NCBI GenBank assembly: GCA_963840855.1
Contig: CAWJBB010000058.1
Location: 42,057-106,056 of the forward strand
Length of the DNA: 64,000 nt
Source of the DNA: an uncultured delta proteobacterium
GTDB lineage: Bacteria; Desulfobacterota; Binatia; UBA9968
Direction of reading: 5' to 3'
Shown here: one piece after another, positions 30,397 through 40,250 of the stretch
Layout: the number at the start of each line of letters is the position of its first letter
Numbering within the stretch: the stretch's first letter is position 1
Program-made: the position numbers and the translations under genes
Notes under the pieces: generated by a model
What the model was told of the DNA's origin: nothing
Databases searched by the model: none
What the model saw: the letters and a program-made list of their open reading frames with translations, nothing else

Positions 30397-30566
30397 GCAC
30401 GAGCTTAAAATCCAGCCCCAACCTGATTTTTTACCTCCCAGAGCAGGGAGCAGAGAAAAACGACCTCCACAGAGGCCCTATAAACGACGATCTCGCTTTG
30501 ACCCATACCTTGGGTACCCCCCAAAACAGCCGTTTCACCAGGAGGTCTCCCCGCCATGATGCTTGA
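30393..30566 (+). CDS. Small ORF (57 aa) between istA and istB
   Basis: ATGA overlap with the istA stop, GGAGGAGG RBS, overlaps the istB start. Confidence 0.35.
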   Translation: MSTSLKSSPNLIFYLPEQGAEKNDLHRGPINDDLALTHTLGTPQNSRFTRRSPRHDA

Positions 30567-31311
30567 TCAAGTCAGAAACCTTTCCCACCAGATGCGCCTG
30601 TTTGGCATCCATGAAGCCTGCGAACGGCAAGCCCAGATCGCTTTGTCCCAGCAGCTCCATCCCCTGGAGTTTTTACGCTTGCTGCTCGAAGATGAACTGT
30701 TGTCGCGCAAAGACCGAACCGCCAAGGCGCTGGTGACCAAGGCCCGCTTTCGGTTCCGCGCCGATCTGGAAGACTTAGATTTAGCGTTCCACAAGGATCT
30801 GACCAAAGCCAAGATCAAAGAACTCTGCGAGCTCGGCTTCCTCCATAACCTGGAGAATCTTTTGATTTTAGGTAAAACCGGTTTGGGAAAGACTCATCTA
30901 GCGATAGCCTTGGGAAAACGGCTGTGCCAGGAAGGTCATCCCACTCAATTCTTGCCAGTCAACTTCCTGTTCGAGGAAATCCAAGCTGCCAGGGCCGCCG
31001 GCCGTTACCTCAACTACATCCGTAGTCTCATCAAGGCCAAGGTTTTGATCCTCGATGACCTGGGGTTAAGAAACTATACCCACGAGGAAGCCACTTCCCT
31101 GATGGACATCCTCGAAGAGCGCTACCGCAAGGCTCCCCTCATCGTTACTTCCCAGGTTGAGCCTCAGGGATGGCTCAAACTGTTTGAAGATCCGGTGATC
31201 GCCGAGGCCATCGTGGATCGGCTGATTCATCCATCTCAGAAAATCACCTTGAAAGGAGAGAAGTCCTATAGAGAAAAACTCACAGAGAAAAAATCAGGAT
31301 TGAAAAACTAG
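30556..31311 (+). CDS. istB: IS21 helper AAA+ ATPase
   Basis: GKTGLGKTHLA Walker A, LILDDLG Walker B, AIVDRL. Confidence 0.93.
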   Translation: MMLDQVRNLSHQMRLFGIHEACERQAQIALSQQLHPLEFLRLLLEDELLSRKDRTAKALVTKARFRFRADLEDLDLAFHKDLTKAKIKELCELGFLHNLENLLILGKTGLGKTHLAIALGKRLCQEGHPTQFLPVNFLFEEIQAARAAGRYLNYIRSLIKAKVLILDDLGLRNYTHEEATSLMDILEERYRKAPLIVTSQVEPQGWLKLFEDPVIAEAIVDRLIHPSQKITLKGEKSYREKLTEKKSGLKN

Positions 31312-31448
31312 GGAGGCTTATTGTAGACAGTCAAGATAACTTCGTCGCTTCGCTCCGCTGAATTGGGTGGTCCCCTTCGTTGAAATCGGGTGGGTCCCTT
31401 CAGTGAAATCGAACAACCCTTAATTTAAGTACCAAAGGAGACAAGATT

Positions 31449-33161
31449 ATGCATGGCGGACAAGCGATGTTGAAAGCAATGCAGCGCACCGGCATCGATT
31501 ACATTTTTTCTTCTCCAGGCTCGGAATGGCCGCCGGTATGGGAAGCCCTGGCCGAGCAAACTGCGCAAGGCATCAAAAAACCCGGCTACATCAACTGCCG
31601 CCATGAAGCCGTCGCCGTCGCCATGGCTGCGGGTTACATCAAAACCACCAACCGGCCCCAGATCGTCATGCTGCACGCCACCGCGGGGCCGCTCAACGCC
31701 GCGATGACGTTGCGCGCGGCGCTGCATGAGCGCACGCCGATGGTAATTCTGACCGGCGAGATCGCCGCCTACGGCGAGAACGCCAAAGTCGCCGACCCCG
31801 GCGGCCAGTGGCTCCATGACCTCACCGATCTCGGTGGCTCCCCCGATCTCTTGCGCAGCTGCGTAAAGTGGGCGGACCGCATCGCATCGGCGGAGTTGTT
31901 GGCTCCTACTGTCGAGCGCGCCGTACGCATCGCCGTGGAGCCGCCTGCGGGACCGGTTCTCATCGGCGTTCCGTTCGAATGCATGATGGAAGAAGTCAAC
32001 TGGACAGATCACGGTAAACCAAACGAAGTGGTGCGGCCGCTGGCAGTTGACGACGCGGCGATTGACAGAGCATTACGTCTGATTGCGGCGGCGAAAAATC
32101 CGGTCGCCGTGACGGAGCATGTCGGCGGCGACCCGCGCGCGGTGGAATTGCTGGTAGAGCTTTGCGAACTGTTTTCCATCCCGGTGATGGAAACTTACCG
32201 GCCGGCGTTTATGAATTTCCCGCGGACCCATCCGCTTTATCAGCACCATGACCCGAAAGTCGTCGATGCAGCGGACCTCGTCCTCATGGTCGACGCGGTC
32301 ACACCCTGGTACCCGGCAAGCAAGGCGCCGAAGAATGCCAAAGTCATAACCATTGCCGCAGAGTTTCCCAACTCGCGGCTTCCCTACTGGGGTTATAACG
32401 TCGATCTCGCGCTGGTGGCGCCGCCGGCGGCGACCTTGGAAAAGCTCTTGAAGAAAGCCAAATCGTCCGAGCATGTGGCCGCCAACCGGGCACCTTATGA
32501 TGCACGCCTCAAACGCAGCCAGGAGCAGCACGACAGTTATTTTGGCAAGTTGAAAGACGAAGCACAGAAGCATGCTGCCGATACACCCATCGATCCGCGC
32601 TGGCTCTGCCACGCTCTGGGTCAAGCGCTCCCGGAGAACGCCGTGATCTCGGAAGAGACCACGGTCTATCGCAGCTTGATTCAAGAAACGATCCCGCGCG
32701 GCAAAACCCAATCCTATTTCGCGCGCGTCACCGGAGGACTCGGCGTCGGGTTGAGCTATGCCCTCGGTGTCAAACTCGCCATGCCCGAGCGTCCGGTCTT
32801 CGCGCTGATCGGCGACGGCGCCTTTCATTACAACGCGGTGCCTTCTTGCCTTGGCGTGGCGGAGGAATATCGCCTGCCGATTCACGCCGTGGTGTTCAAC
32901 AATGGGCGCTATCTGTCGATGGAAAGCAGTCTCATAAAATACTTTCCCGACGGGGCGGCGAAGAAAACCGGAGTTCACTACGGCGCTGAAATCGGACCCA
33001 GGCCGGATTACCAGTTCTACGCGAAAGCCCACGGCGGCCACGGTATCCGAGTGGAGAAGCCCAACGAGATCGCGCCCGCCATCGAGCAGGCGCTCGAGTG
33101 CGAAAAAGAAGGAAAACTTACCGTCATCGACATGGTGTTGAGCGATTTCAATCCGCGCTGA
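31449..33161 (+). CDS. Thiamine pyrophosphate-binding enzyme (acetolactate synthase/benzoylformate decarboxylase-like)
   Basis: PGSEW, RHEAVAVAMA, GDGAF...NN TPP motif. Confidence 0.9.
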   Translation: MHGGQAMLKAMQRTGIDYIFSSPGSEWPPVWEALAEQTAQGIKKPGYINCRHEAVAVAMAAGYIKTTNRPQIVMLHATAGPLNAAMTLRAALHERTPMVILTGEIAAYGENAKVADPGGQWLHDLTDLGGSPDLLRSCVKWADRIASAELLAPTVERAVRIAVEPPAGPVLIGVPFECMMEEVNWTDHGKPNEVVRPLAVDDAAIDRALRLIAAAKNPVAVTEHVGGDPRAVELLVELCELFSIPVMETYRPAFMNFPRTHPLYQHHDPKVVDAADLVLMVDAVTPWYPASKAPKNAKVITIAAEFPNSRLPYWGYNVDLALVAPPAATLEKLLKKAKSSEHVAANRAPYDARLKRSQEQHDSYFGKLKDEAQKHAADTPIDPRWLCHALGQALPENAVISEETTVYRSLIQETIPRGKTQSYFARVTGGLGVGLSYALGVKLAMPERPVFALIGDGAFHYNAVPSCLGVAEEYRLPIHAVVFNNGRYLSMESSLIKYFPDGAAKKTGVHYGAEIGPRPDYQFYAKAHGGHGIRVEKPNEIAPAIEQALECEKEGKLTVIDMVLSDFNPR

Positions 33162-33317
33162 ACGGGTTGCGTGCGTTACTTGATAGATGGAGAACTTAAC
33201 CAAACTGTTTCAAGCTTTCTGTTGGACTTCGAATTACGGTATCGTAACGATTACTCGCGCAAAGCATGTCCTGAGCTACGTCGAAGGGGCGCAAAGCACG
33301 CTAAGAGTGAGAACAAG

Positions 33318-33483
33318 AAATTCGAAGCACGAAATGCAAAACTCGAAACAAGTTTAAATGACTAAAACCAAATGCAATGTTCTAAACTGGGAGCTTCGGA
33401 GTAGTGTTTTGGTATTTCTTATAATTGGGTGTCTGATTGACTGCCAATTTGTTTCGAATTTCGATATTCGAATTTCGGATTTT
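33318..33483. repeat. Inverted heptamer arrays
   Basis: AAATTCGAAGCACGAAAT...CTCGAAACAA faces TTGTTTCGAATTTCGATATTCGAATTTCGGATTT. Confidence 0.6.
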
Positions 33484-33607
33484 GATTACGTGGCGTCTTA
33501 GCGTGCCACTCGTGGTTCGTGTCCCGACGAAGAGACAGAGATTCACCGGCTGCGGTAAGTTTCTTTGCTTCTACGTGGTAGGGTGACCCGATTGGATCGG
33601 CGGCTGG

Positions 33608-34081
33608 ATGAAGCCAAAAGTTTACATCGAAACAACCGTCGTGAGTTACCTTACTGCTCGGGGAAGTCGGGACCTGATTGTGGCTGCCCATCAGGAACTG
33701 ACTCAGGAGTGGTGGCAGCGCCGCCGGGGCGAGTTTGAACTCTATTGCTCTCAACTCGTGATCCAAGAAGCCGGCGGCGGCCATAAGGAGGCGGCGCAAC
33801 GTCGTCTCCAAATTCTCCAGAGCCTTTCCATTCTAGAAATCAACGACGCCGCTAAGGAGTTGGCGCGTCACGTAGCCAAGGCAGCGGCCATACCGAGAAA
33901 AGCCACGGAGGATGCGCTTCATATCGCCTTGGCAACGGTTCATGGTATGGATTACCTACTTACTTGGAACTGCAAGCACATCGCTAATGCGGAAATGCAA
34001 AGATCCGTGACGCTAATGTGCCATCTACGAGGTTACGAACCGCCGGTGATTTGCACACCCGAAGAATTGATGGGGGATTAA
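33608..34081 (+). CDS. PIN-domain (VapC-like) toxin
   Basis: VYIETTVVSYL...EDALHIALATVHGMDYLLTWNCKHIANA. Confidence 0.88.
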   Translation: MKPKVYIETTVVSYLTARGSRDLIVAAHQELTQEWWQRRRGEFELYCSQLVIQEAGGGHKEAAQRRLQILQSLSILEINDAAKELARHVAKAAAIPRKATEDALHIALATVHGMDYLLTWNCKHIANAEMQRSVTLMCHLRGYEPPVICTPEELMGD

Positions 34082-34082
34082 G

Positions 34083-34259
34083 ATGTGGAAAGATCCGATC
34101 GTTGAAGAAGTCAGGAAGATTCGTGAGAAACATGCAGCCAAGTTCAAGTATGACTTGGACGCTATTTGTCGTGACCTCAAAGAACAGGAGCGAAAAAGTG
34201 GACGGCGGGTGGTTTCCCTTCCTGCGAAAAAGCCAGGACGCGGAGCCAAAACCGGCTGA
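34083..34259 (+). CDS. Small helical partner of PIN protein (58 aa)
   Basis: MWKDPIVEEVRKIREKHAAKFKYDL; paralog of 21343-21516. Confidence 0.75.
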   Translation: MWKDPIVEEVRKIREKHAAKFKYDLDAICRDLKEQERKSGRRVVSLPAKKPGRGAKTG

Positions 34260-34452
34260 CTCGGAACCATCACGTCTAACCAGTGATTTAAGCGTGCGTT
34301 TCTGTGCCTCTGGAAGGGACGTTGGTGAAGCCAAACTGACACGAGAGTTTCACAAAAGTCTTTTGTTCACATTTCGCCGTTCGCAATTCTCGCTCTGCAA
34401 TGACGCGGACGATAGGGCTTGGGAATAGCTTCAATCCAAAATCGGAGAACGG

Positions 34453-37400
34453 ATGCCGACTGCTAAGAAATCCCAATCGAAGCCGCGACGCCCCTCCCTC
34501 AAGGAGACTAACGCCAAGTTAAATCGGGAGAACAACGAACTACGGCGCGAGCTGCAGGCGCGCGACCGCGATCTCACCGAAGCTCTGGAGCAGCAGACCG
34601 CTACCAGGGAGATACTTCGCGTAATCGCCAGCTCGCCGACAAATCTTCAGCCTGTGCTAGATACAATGGCGGAAACTGCCGCGAGGCTCTGTGATGCGAC
34701 CGACGCGGTAATCTTCCGTGCTGATGATGACTTCTATCAGCCAGTGGCCTCATACGGACCGGTCCCGGTTCCCGAGCGTGATCTACCTAGACCCATTGAG
34801 CGCGATCACATACCCGGTCGAGCCATAATTGACCGGCAAACCATTCACATTCATGACCTTGCAGCCGAGCCAGAGAATGACCTGCGAGCGCCCATGGCCA
34901 GAAGTCTCGGCGTCCGCACGGTGCTTGCCACACCATTGCTACGTGAGGGTGCCCCGATCGGGGCAATCATGATCCGTCGAATGCAGGTTCGGACTTTCTC
35001 GGAAAAACAGATTGCCCTTCTCAAGACGTTCGCGGATCAAGCCGTGATCGCGATTGAGAACGTGCGGCTGTTCCAGGAGCTGCAGGCCCGCAATCGCGAC
35101 TTAACCGAGGCGTTGGAACAGCAGACGGCGACAGGTGAAGTCCTGCGAGTCATCGCCTCCTCACCTACCGAGCTTCAACCGGTTCTCGATACACTGCTCG
35201 CGAACGCGGTGAAGTTATCCGGCGCGACCAAGGGTCACGTCCGTCAAGTCGACGGAGAGTTTCTGCGAGTTGTGGCGCATTTTGGCGAGACAGCTGAACA
35301 GATTGCGCTTTACCACAGGTTTCCTGTTCCGGCGGTCCCCGAGACGTCGGTTGGTGCCCGCGCGCTTATCGAGAAGAAACCGATCCATGTCCTTGACGTT
35401 CAAGCGGAGAGCAATGTCTCCCAGGTAGCTCGTCAGACTGGAGAACGGACAAGACTAGCAGTGCCGTTATTGCGAGAAGGAACAGCAATCGGCACCATCA
35501 CAATTTGGCGCGACTTTGTGGAAGCGTTTACGGAGCGGCAAATTGATCTCGTCAAAACCTTCGCTGACCAAGCGGTGATCGCGATCGAGAACGTGCGACT
35601 GTTTCAGGAGCTCACTGAGGCGTTGGAGCAGCAGACTGCGACGAGTGAAATCTTGGGCGTGATCGCCAGCTCGCCGACTGATATCCAGCCTGTGTTGGAC
35701 ACCGTAGTTGAGAACGCGGCCAGAGTTTGCGGCGCCAATGACGCCGTCATTCGATTAGTCGAGGAGAACCTGTTACGAGCGGCGGCTCACTACGGACCCG
35801 TGCCGGAGGTGGCCGACGCTCGGCCTATCAATCGGCAATCACCAGCAGGTCGAGCGGTACTGGACCGGGCGATTATACATATACCTGACTGGAGCGCGCT
35901 CCCACCGAGCGAATATCCTGAGGTTAGTGAGTCAAGTTTGCGAGTTGGTATCGGAACCGCATTGGCCGTACCCCTTATGCGAGAATCGGTCGCCATCGGT
36001 GAGATCCATATTCGTCGCACCGAGGTTCGCCCATTCACCGAAAAACAGATCGCTCTCCTCAAAACCTCCGCTGACCAAGCGGTGATTGCCATAGAGAACG
36101 TGCGGTTGTTCCAAGAACTGCAAGTTCGCAACCGCGACCTCACCGAAGCGTTGGAGCAACAGACAGCGACCAGCGAGATCCTACGCGTGATCAGCAGCTC
36201 GCCAACTGACCTGCAACCGGTCTTCGAAGCTATAGCAGGGAGCGCCGCGCGCTTGTGTGAGGCGACGTTCGCCGCTCTGCACAGGTTCGATGGCCAGGTG
36301 GTCACGTTCGAGGCTCACCATGGCATGACCGAGCCGGAGGTCGAAGAGTCACGCCGCAGGTTCCCACGACCCCCCGACCGGGAGATCGCCGTGGGCCGCG
36401 CGATCCTGGATCGACGGATCGCTCACATCCACGACATCCGGCGCGATCCGGAATACCGCGTTACGATGGGGCAAATGTCGTTTCGGACCGTGCTGGCGGT
36501 GCCGCTGCTACGGGAGGGTAAAGCCGTTGGCGCGATGGGCCTTTGGCGGCGCGAGGTCCAGCCGTTCTCTGACAAGCAGATCGCTCTCCTCAAAACCTTC
36601 GCCGACCAGGCGGTGATTGCCATCGAAAACGTGCGGCTGTTCCAAGAGCTGCAGGTCCGTAACCGCGATCTCAGTGAAGCGCTGGAACAGCAGACGGCAA
36701 CGAGCGAGATATTGCGCGTCATCGCGAGCTCGCCCACGGACATCCAGCCGGTGTTAAACACCGTCGCAGCAAATGCCGCCCGACTATGCGAGGCAACCGA
36801 TGCACAGATCCGCCTTGTTGAGGGTGACGGAACGCGATTAGTGGCATCATTCGGAACTCTGCCGGCCCCGGAGTTTAGGCCCATGGGCCTACGAGTTCCC
36901 ACTGGTCGAGCACTTCTTAACCGAGAAACTGTACATGTTCACGATCTTCAGGAAGCTATGAAAACCGAATTCCCCGACAGCCAGGCGCTGGTAATTGGCT
37001 CGGGAGTACGGACATTTCTTAGTACGCCGATGCTCAGAGAGGGAACCCCCATTGGCCTAATCAACATTAGGCGATTGGTGGTTCGTCCTTTCTCAGACCG
37101 ACAGATCAAACTGCTCGAAACCTTCGCTAGTCAGGCGGTGATCGCCATCGAGAACGTCCGGCTGTTTAAAGAATTGGATGAGCGAACCAACGAATTGACA
37201 CGCTCGGTAGGCGAGCTCAAAGCCCTCGGCGAAGTTGGTCAGGCGGTCAGCTCCACGCTCGATCTCGAAACCGTGCTGACGAGCATCGTCTCCCATGCGG
37301 TCCAGTTGAGCGGCACCGACGGTGGGGCGATTTACGAATACGACGAGCCCTCGGAAGAGTTTCTCCTGCGCGCGACCGACCATATGGAGGAGGAACTCAT

Positions 37401-38466
37401 CAATGCGCTTCGTGCCAATCCACCTCGGCTGGGAGATGGCGTGGTCGGGCGGGCGGCGGCAAGCCATGAACCGGTGCAGGTCCCGAACATCCTGGAAGAG
37501 CGCGCTTACGCTCCGCGCATGCGCGAGATGCTGGAACGCTTCGGTTTCCGTGCCAGCCTGGCCGTTCCCTTGCTTCGCGAAGGCCACATCATCGGCGGGT
37601 TGGTGGTGCGGCGAAAATCGATCGGGGAGTTTCGCCCCGAAGTCATCGAGCTTTTGAAAACCTTCGCGACCCAGTCGGTACTAGCAATCCAGAACGCCCG
37701 GCTGTTTCGGGAGATCGAGGACAAGAGCCGGCAGATCGAAGCCGCCAATCGCCACAAGTCGGAGTTCCTCGCCAACATGTCCCATGAGCTGCGCACGCCG
37801 CTCAATGCCATCATTGGCTTCTCTGAGGTATTGGGCGAGAGATTGTTCGGCGAGCTAAACGAGAAACAAGCCGAGTACACCGACGACATTCTCTCCTCCG
37901 GCCGCCATCTGTTATCTCTCATCAATGAGATTCTGGATCTTTCCAAGGTCGAGGCAGGCCGCATGGAGTTGGAACTGGCTACCTTCGATCTGCCCTTGGC
38001 AATAGACAACGCGCGCACCTTTGTGCGTGAACGTGCCACCAGGCACGGCATTACCCTCGACGTCACTATCGACGACCGGCTCAGCGACTTCGTCGGTGAC
38101 GAGCGCAAGATAAAGCAGATACTTCTCAATCTCCTTTCCAACGCCGTGAAGTTCACCCCAGAGGGAGGAAGAATCGGAATTAACGCCAGGCAGGCTGATA
38201 GTTCTGTGGAGATTTCTGTAACTGACTCCGGCATCGGCATTGCCCCAGAGGACCAGCCAAAGGTTTTCGAGGAATTTCGCCAGGTGGGCGCCGACTACGC
38301 GCACAAGAGCGAGGGGACCGGACTGGGGTTAACGCTGGCCAAGAAGTTTGTCGAGTTGCATGGGGGAAAGATCTGGGTAGAGAGCGAAGTGGGCAAAGGC
38401 AGTAAGTTCACGTTCACGCTGCCGGTCAACCCTCACCCATTCCCTCTCCCAGAGGGAGAGGGTTAG
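34453..38466 (+). CDS. Cytoplasmic sensor histidine kinase with 6 tandem GAF domains
   Basis: Repeated [18 protein letters not shown] linkers; HELRTPLN H-box; NAVKFT, D.GIGI, GTGLGL. Confidence 0.93.
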   Translation: MPTAKKSQSKPRRPSLKETNAKLNRENNELRRELQARDRDLTEALEQQTATREILRVIASSPTNLQPVLDTMAETAARLCDATDAVIFRADDDFYQPVASYGPVPVPERDLPRPIERDHIPGRAIIDRQTIHIHDLAAEPENDLRAPMARSLGVRTVLATPLLREGAPIGAIMIRRMQVRTFSEKQIALLKTFADQAVIAIENVRLFQELQARNRDLTEALEQQTATGEVLRVIASSPTELQPVLDTLLANAVKLSGATKGHVRQVDGEFLRVVAHFGETAEQIALYHRFPVPAVPETSVGARALIEKKPIHVLDVQAESNVSQVARQTGERTRLAVPLLREGTAIGTITIWRDFVEAFTERQIDLVKTFADQAVIAIENVRLFQELTEALEQQTATSEILGVIASSPTDIQPVLDTVVENAARVCGANDAVIRLVEENLLRAAAHYGPVPEVADARPINRQSPAGRAVLDRAIIHIPDWSALPPSEYPEVSESSLRVGIGTALAVPLMRESVAIGEIHIRRTEVRPFTEKQIALLKTSADQAVIAIENVRLFQELQVRNRDLTEALEQQTATSEILRVISSSPTDLQPVFEAIAGSAARLCEATFAALHRFDGQVVTFEAHHGMTEPEVEESRRRFPRPPDREIAVGRAILDRRIAHIHDIRRDPEYRVTMGQMSFRTVLAVPLLREGKAVGAMGLWRREVQPFSDKQIALLKTFADQAVIAIENVRLFQELQVRNRDLSEALEQQTATSEILRVIASSPTDIQPVLNTVAANAARLCEATDAQIRLVEGDGTRLVASFGTLPAPEFRPMGLRVPTGRALLNRETVHVHDLQEAMKTEFPDSQALVIGSGVRTFLSTPMLREGTPIGLINIRRLVVRPFSDRQIKLLETFASQAVIAIENVRLFKELDERTNELTRSVGELKALGEVGQAVSSTLDLETVLTSIVSHAVQLSGTDGGAIYEYDEPSEEFLLRATDHMEEELINALRANPPRLGDGVVGRAAASHEPVQVPNILEERAYAPRMREMLERFGFRASLAVPLLREGHIIGGLVVRRKSIGEFRPEVIELLKTFATQSVLAIQNARLFREIEDKSRQIEAANRHKSEFLANMSHELRTPLNAIIGFSEVLGERLFGELNEKQAEYTDDILSSGRHLLSLINEILDLSKVEAGRMELELATFDLPLAIDNARTFVRERATRHGITLDVTIDDRLSDFVGDERKIKQILLNLLSNAVKFTPEGGRIGINARQADSSVEISVTDSGIGIAPEDQPKVFEEFRQVGADYAHKSEGTGLGLTLAKKFVELHGGKIWVESEVGKGSKFTFTLPVNPHPFPLPEGEG

Positions 38467-38602
38467 GGAGGGAATTCGTTTTTGGATTGGGGAAAGCGGA
38501 AAAATTATTCCTGCAAAGGGCTGCACGGAAAGCTTTTCCGGTGAAAGCTAAATGGGTCACGCGTCTTGAGTTTTCTAAAGTTGGACTTTATAATTCTCAA
38601 AC

Positions 38603-39787
38603 ATGCAATACGTCCGACGAGGTCTCGAAAGGCAGCTAATTCGGGCGATAAAGAACTTTCCCGCTGTCGTTTTGACAGGTCCGCGGCGTGCGGGTAAGAC
38701 GTACCTGCTCCGACGCCTCTTTCCCAGGGCGAGTTACTTTCTACTCGAAGACCCTGACGTCGTCGCGCGTCTCCGCGCCGATCCACAGGGGTTCCTTGAT
38801 GGCGTGAAGACGTCTGCTATTCTTGACGAAGCGCAGAATGTGCCAGAGGTATTCGCCTTGGTGCGCTCCCGCATCGATCGCCGACCCCGACGCGCCGGCC
38901 AATGGCTACTCACGGGCTCGCAAGAGGCCCCGCTCATGCAGGAAGTGTCGGAGTCCATGGCGGGCCGCGCCGCTGTGCTGCAGCTTTTGCCGTTCTCGAC
39001 ACGCGAGACGCGGAAAGTAACGCTGCTCGGCGGCGGATATCCCGAGGCCGTGGCGCGCCGAGATGGCGCGCGGTTGTGGTGCAGCTCCTACATACAGACC
39101 TACCTTGAGCGGGATGTCCGGGCCGTTACGGCGGTAAAAGATCTGGCGACTTTCCGGCGGTTTCTAGCGCTGCTGGCTAGCCGTCACGGCCAGGTGCTGA
39201 ACAAGACCGATCTCGCCGCGCCCCTCGGCGTGAGCGTGCCGACTATCACCCAGTGGCTGAGCGTTCTCGAAACGACGGCGCAGATATTGATCGTGCCGCC
39301 ATTCTTTGAAAATTTCGGCAAGCGCCTGATCAAATCTCCGAAGATCTATATCGCGGACTCTGGCTTGGCGTGTCACCTGTTAGGCATCGACTCGGTCGTC
39401 GAGCTGGAAAAATCGCCGTTTTACGGCGCATTGTTCGAGGGGTTTATGGCGGCAGAAATCGTTAAAACCCAGGCCAACTCCGGTAGACGGCGTGAAATCT
39501 ACTATTTTCGCGACGAGCAGGGGCTTGAGGTCGATTTCCTGGTGCCGAGGAAAAGTGGCGCGGTTGCACTGGTCGAGTGCAAGGCTTCGCGAACGGTCTC
39601 GCCAGCAATGGCGATGCCGATGCAGCGTTTGGCTGAGGCGGTGAAAAAAAAGCGCCCCAAGGGAACCGTGGTGGGTAAGTTTTTGGTGCATCAGCAGCCG
39701 AAGGCGAAAATTCCCACGCAAGCCGTCGCCCCCGGAGTTCGGGCTCTCGCTTGGCAAGATTTCCTCGAGGAATTTCAGCCGGGTTAG
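38603..39787 (+). CDS. AAA+ ATPase (AAA_14 + DUF4143)
   Basis: TGPRRAGKT, ILDEAQ, LTGS, KSPKIYIADSGL, EVDF...VECK. Confidence 0.9.
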   Translation: MQYVRRGLERQLIRAIKNFPAVVLTGPRRAGKTYLLRRLFPRASYFLLEDPDVVARLRADPQGFLDGVKTSAILDEAQNVPEVFALVRSRIDRRPRRAGQWLLTGSQEAPLMQEVSESMAGRAAVLQLLPFSTRETRKVTLLGGGYPEAVARRDGARLWCSSYIQTYLERDVRAVTAVKDLATFRRFLALLASRHGQVLNKTDLAAPLGVSVPTITQWLSVLETTAQILIVPPFFENFGKRLIKSPKIYIADSGLACHLLGIDSVVELEKSPFYGALFEGFMAAEIVKTQANSGRRREIYYFRDEQGLEVDFLVPRKSGAVALVECKASRTVSPAMAMPMQRLAEAVKKKRPKGTVVGKFLVHQQPKAKIPTQAVAPGVRALAWQDFLEEFQPG

Positions 39788-40250
39788 GGGTAACCGGGCA
39801 CTCGTTCCTCCTCCTACGACGAACGTGAATCACAAACACTCTGCACAAATCTCCCGTCTATCCTTCCTTGACGCTTGGCGTCCAACTGGCGTAGAAGTTG
39901 GGGTCAGCCGCATTTCGGTCCATTTGCGCAGTCGGTAGAAAGCCGGATATCTAACCGTTGATCCGCCACAGGACGGATCAGCCACAACTTTCAAGGCTGA
40001 CGCGCTGAGGGCGCAGAATAAAGAATTCTTGATTAAGAAATACTGCGAACTCTGTGAATTCTGTGGTCGTGAGAAAAAATCGCCACTCGCCCTTCGACGT
40101 GCTCAGGACGAACGGCTAAGTACTTGAATTACCCATTACGCCATCCCGTTCGTGCTGAGGCTCTCGAAGCATGAACGGATTTTTTCTCACGGCCTGTGCC
40201 TCTGAGGTGAATAATCTTTCACATTAAACCTGAAAGAACCTTTAGCTCAT

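Larger units (their letters stand above)
28727..31415 (+). mobile_element. IS21-family insertion sequence
   Basis: TG...CA ends with repeated ATTTCA..GAAGGGACCCACC subterminal motifs; ACCCTT duplicated at 28721-28726 and 31416-31421; istA and istB inside. Confidence 0.93.

Noticed and set aside
32073-33203. 376-aa antisense ORF and similar long shadow ORFs
   Set aside because: Antisense to well-supported genes in GC-rich DNA, with no recognisable motifs.
39903-40001. Assignment as SRP RNA or c-di-GMP riboswitch
   Set aside because: Lacks the SRP GGAA-loop core and the pairing needed for c-di-GMP-I; kept only as an unassigned candidate.
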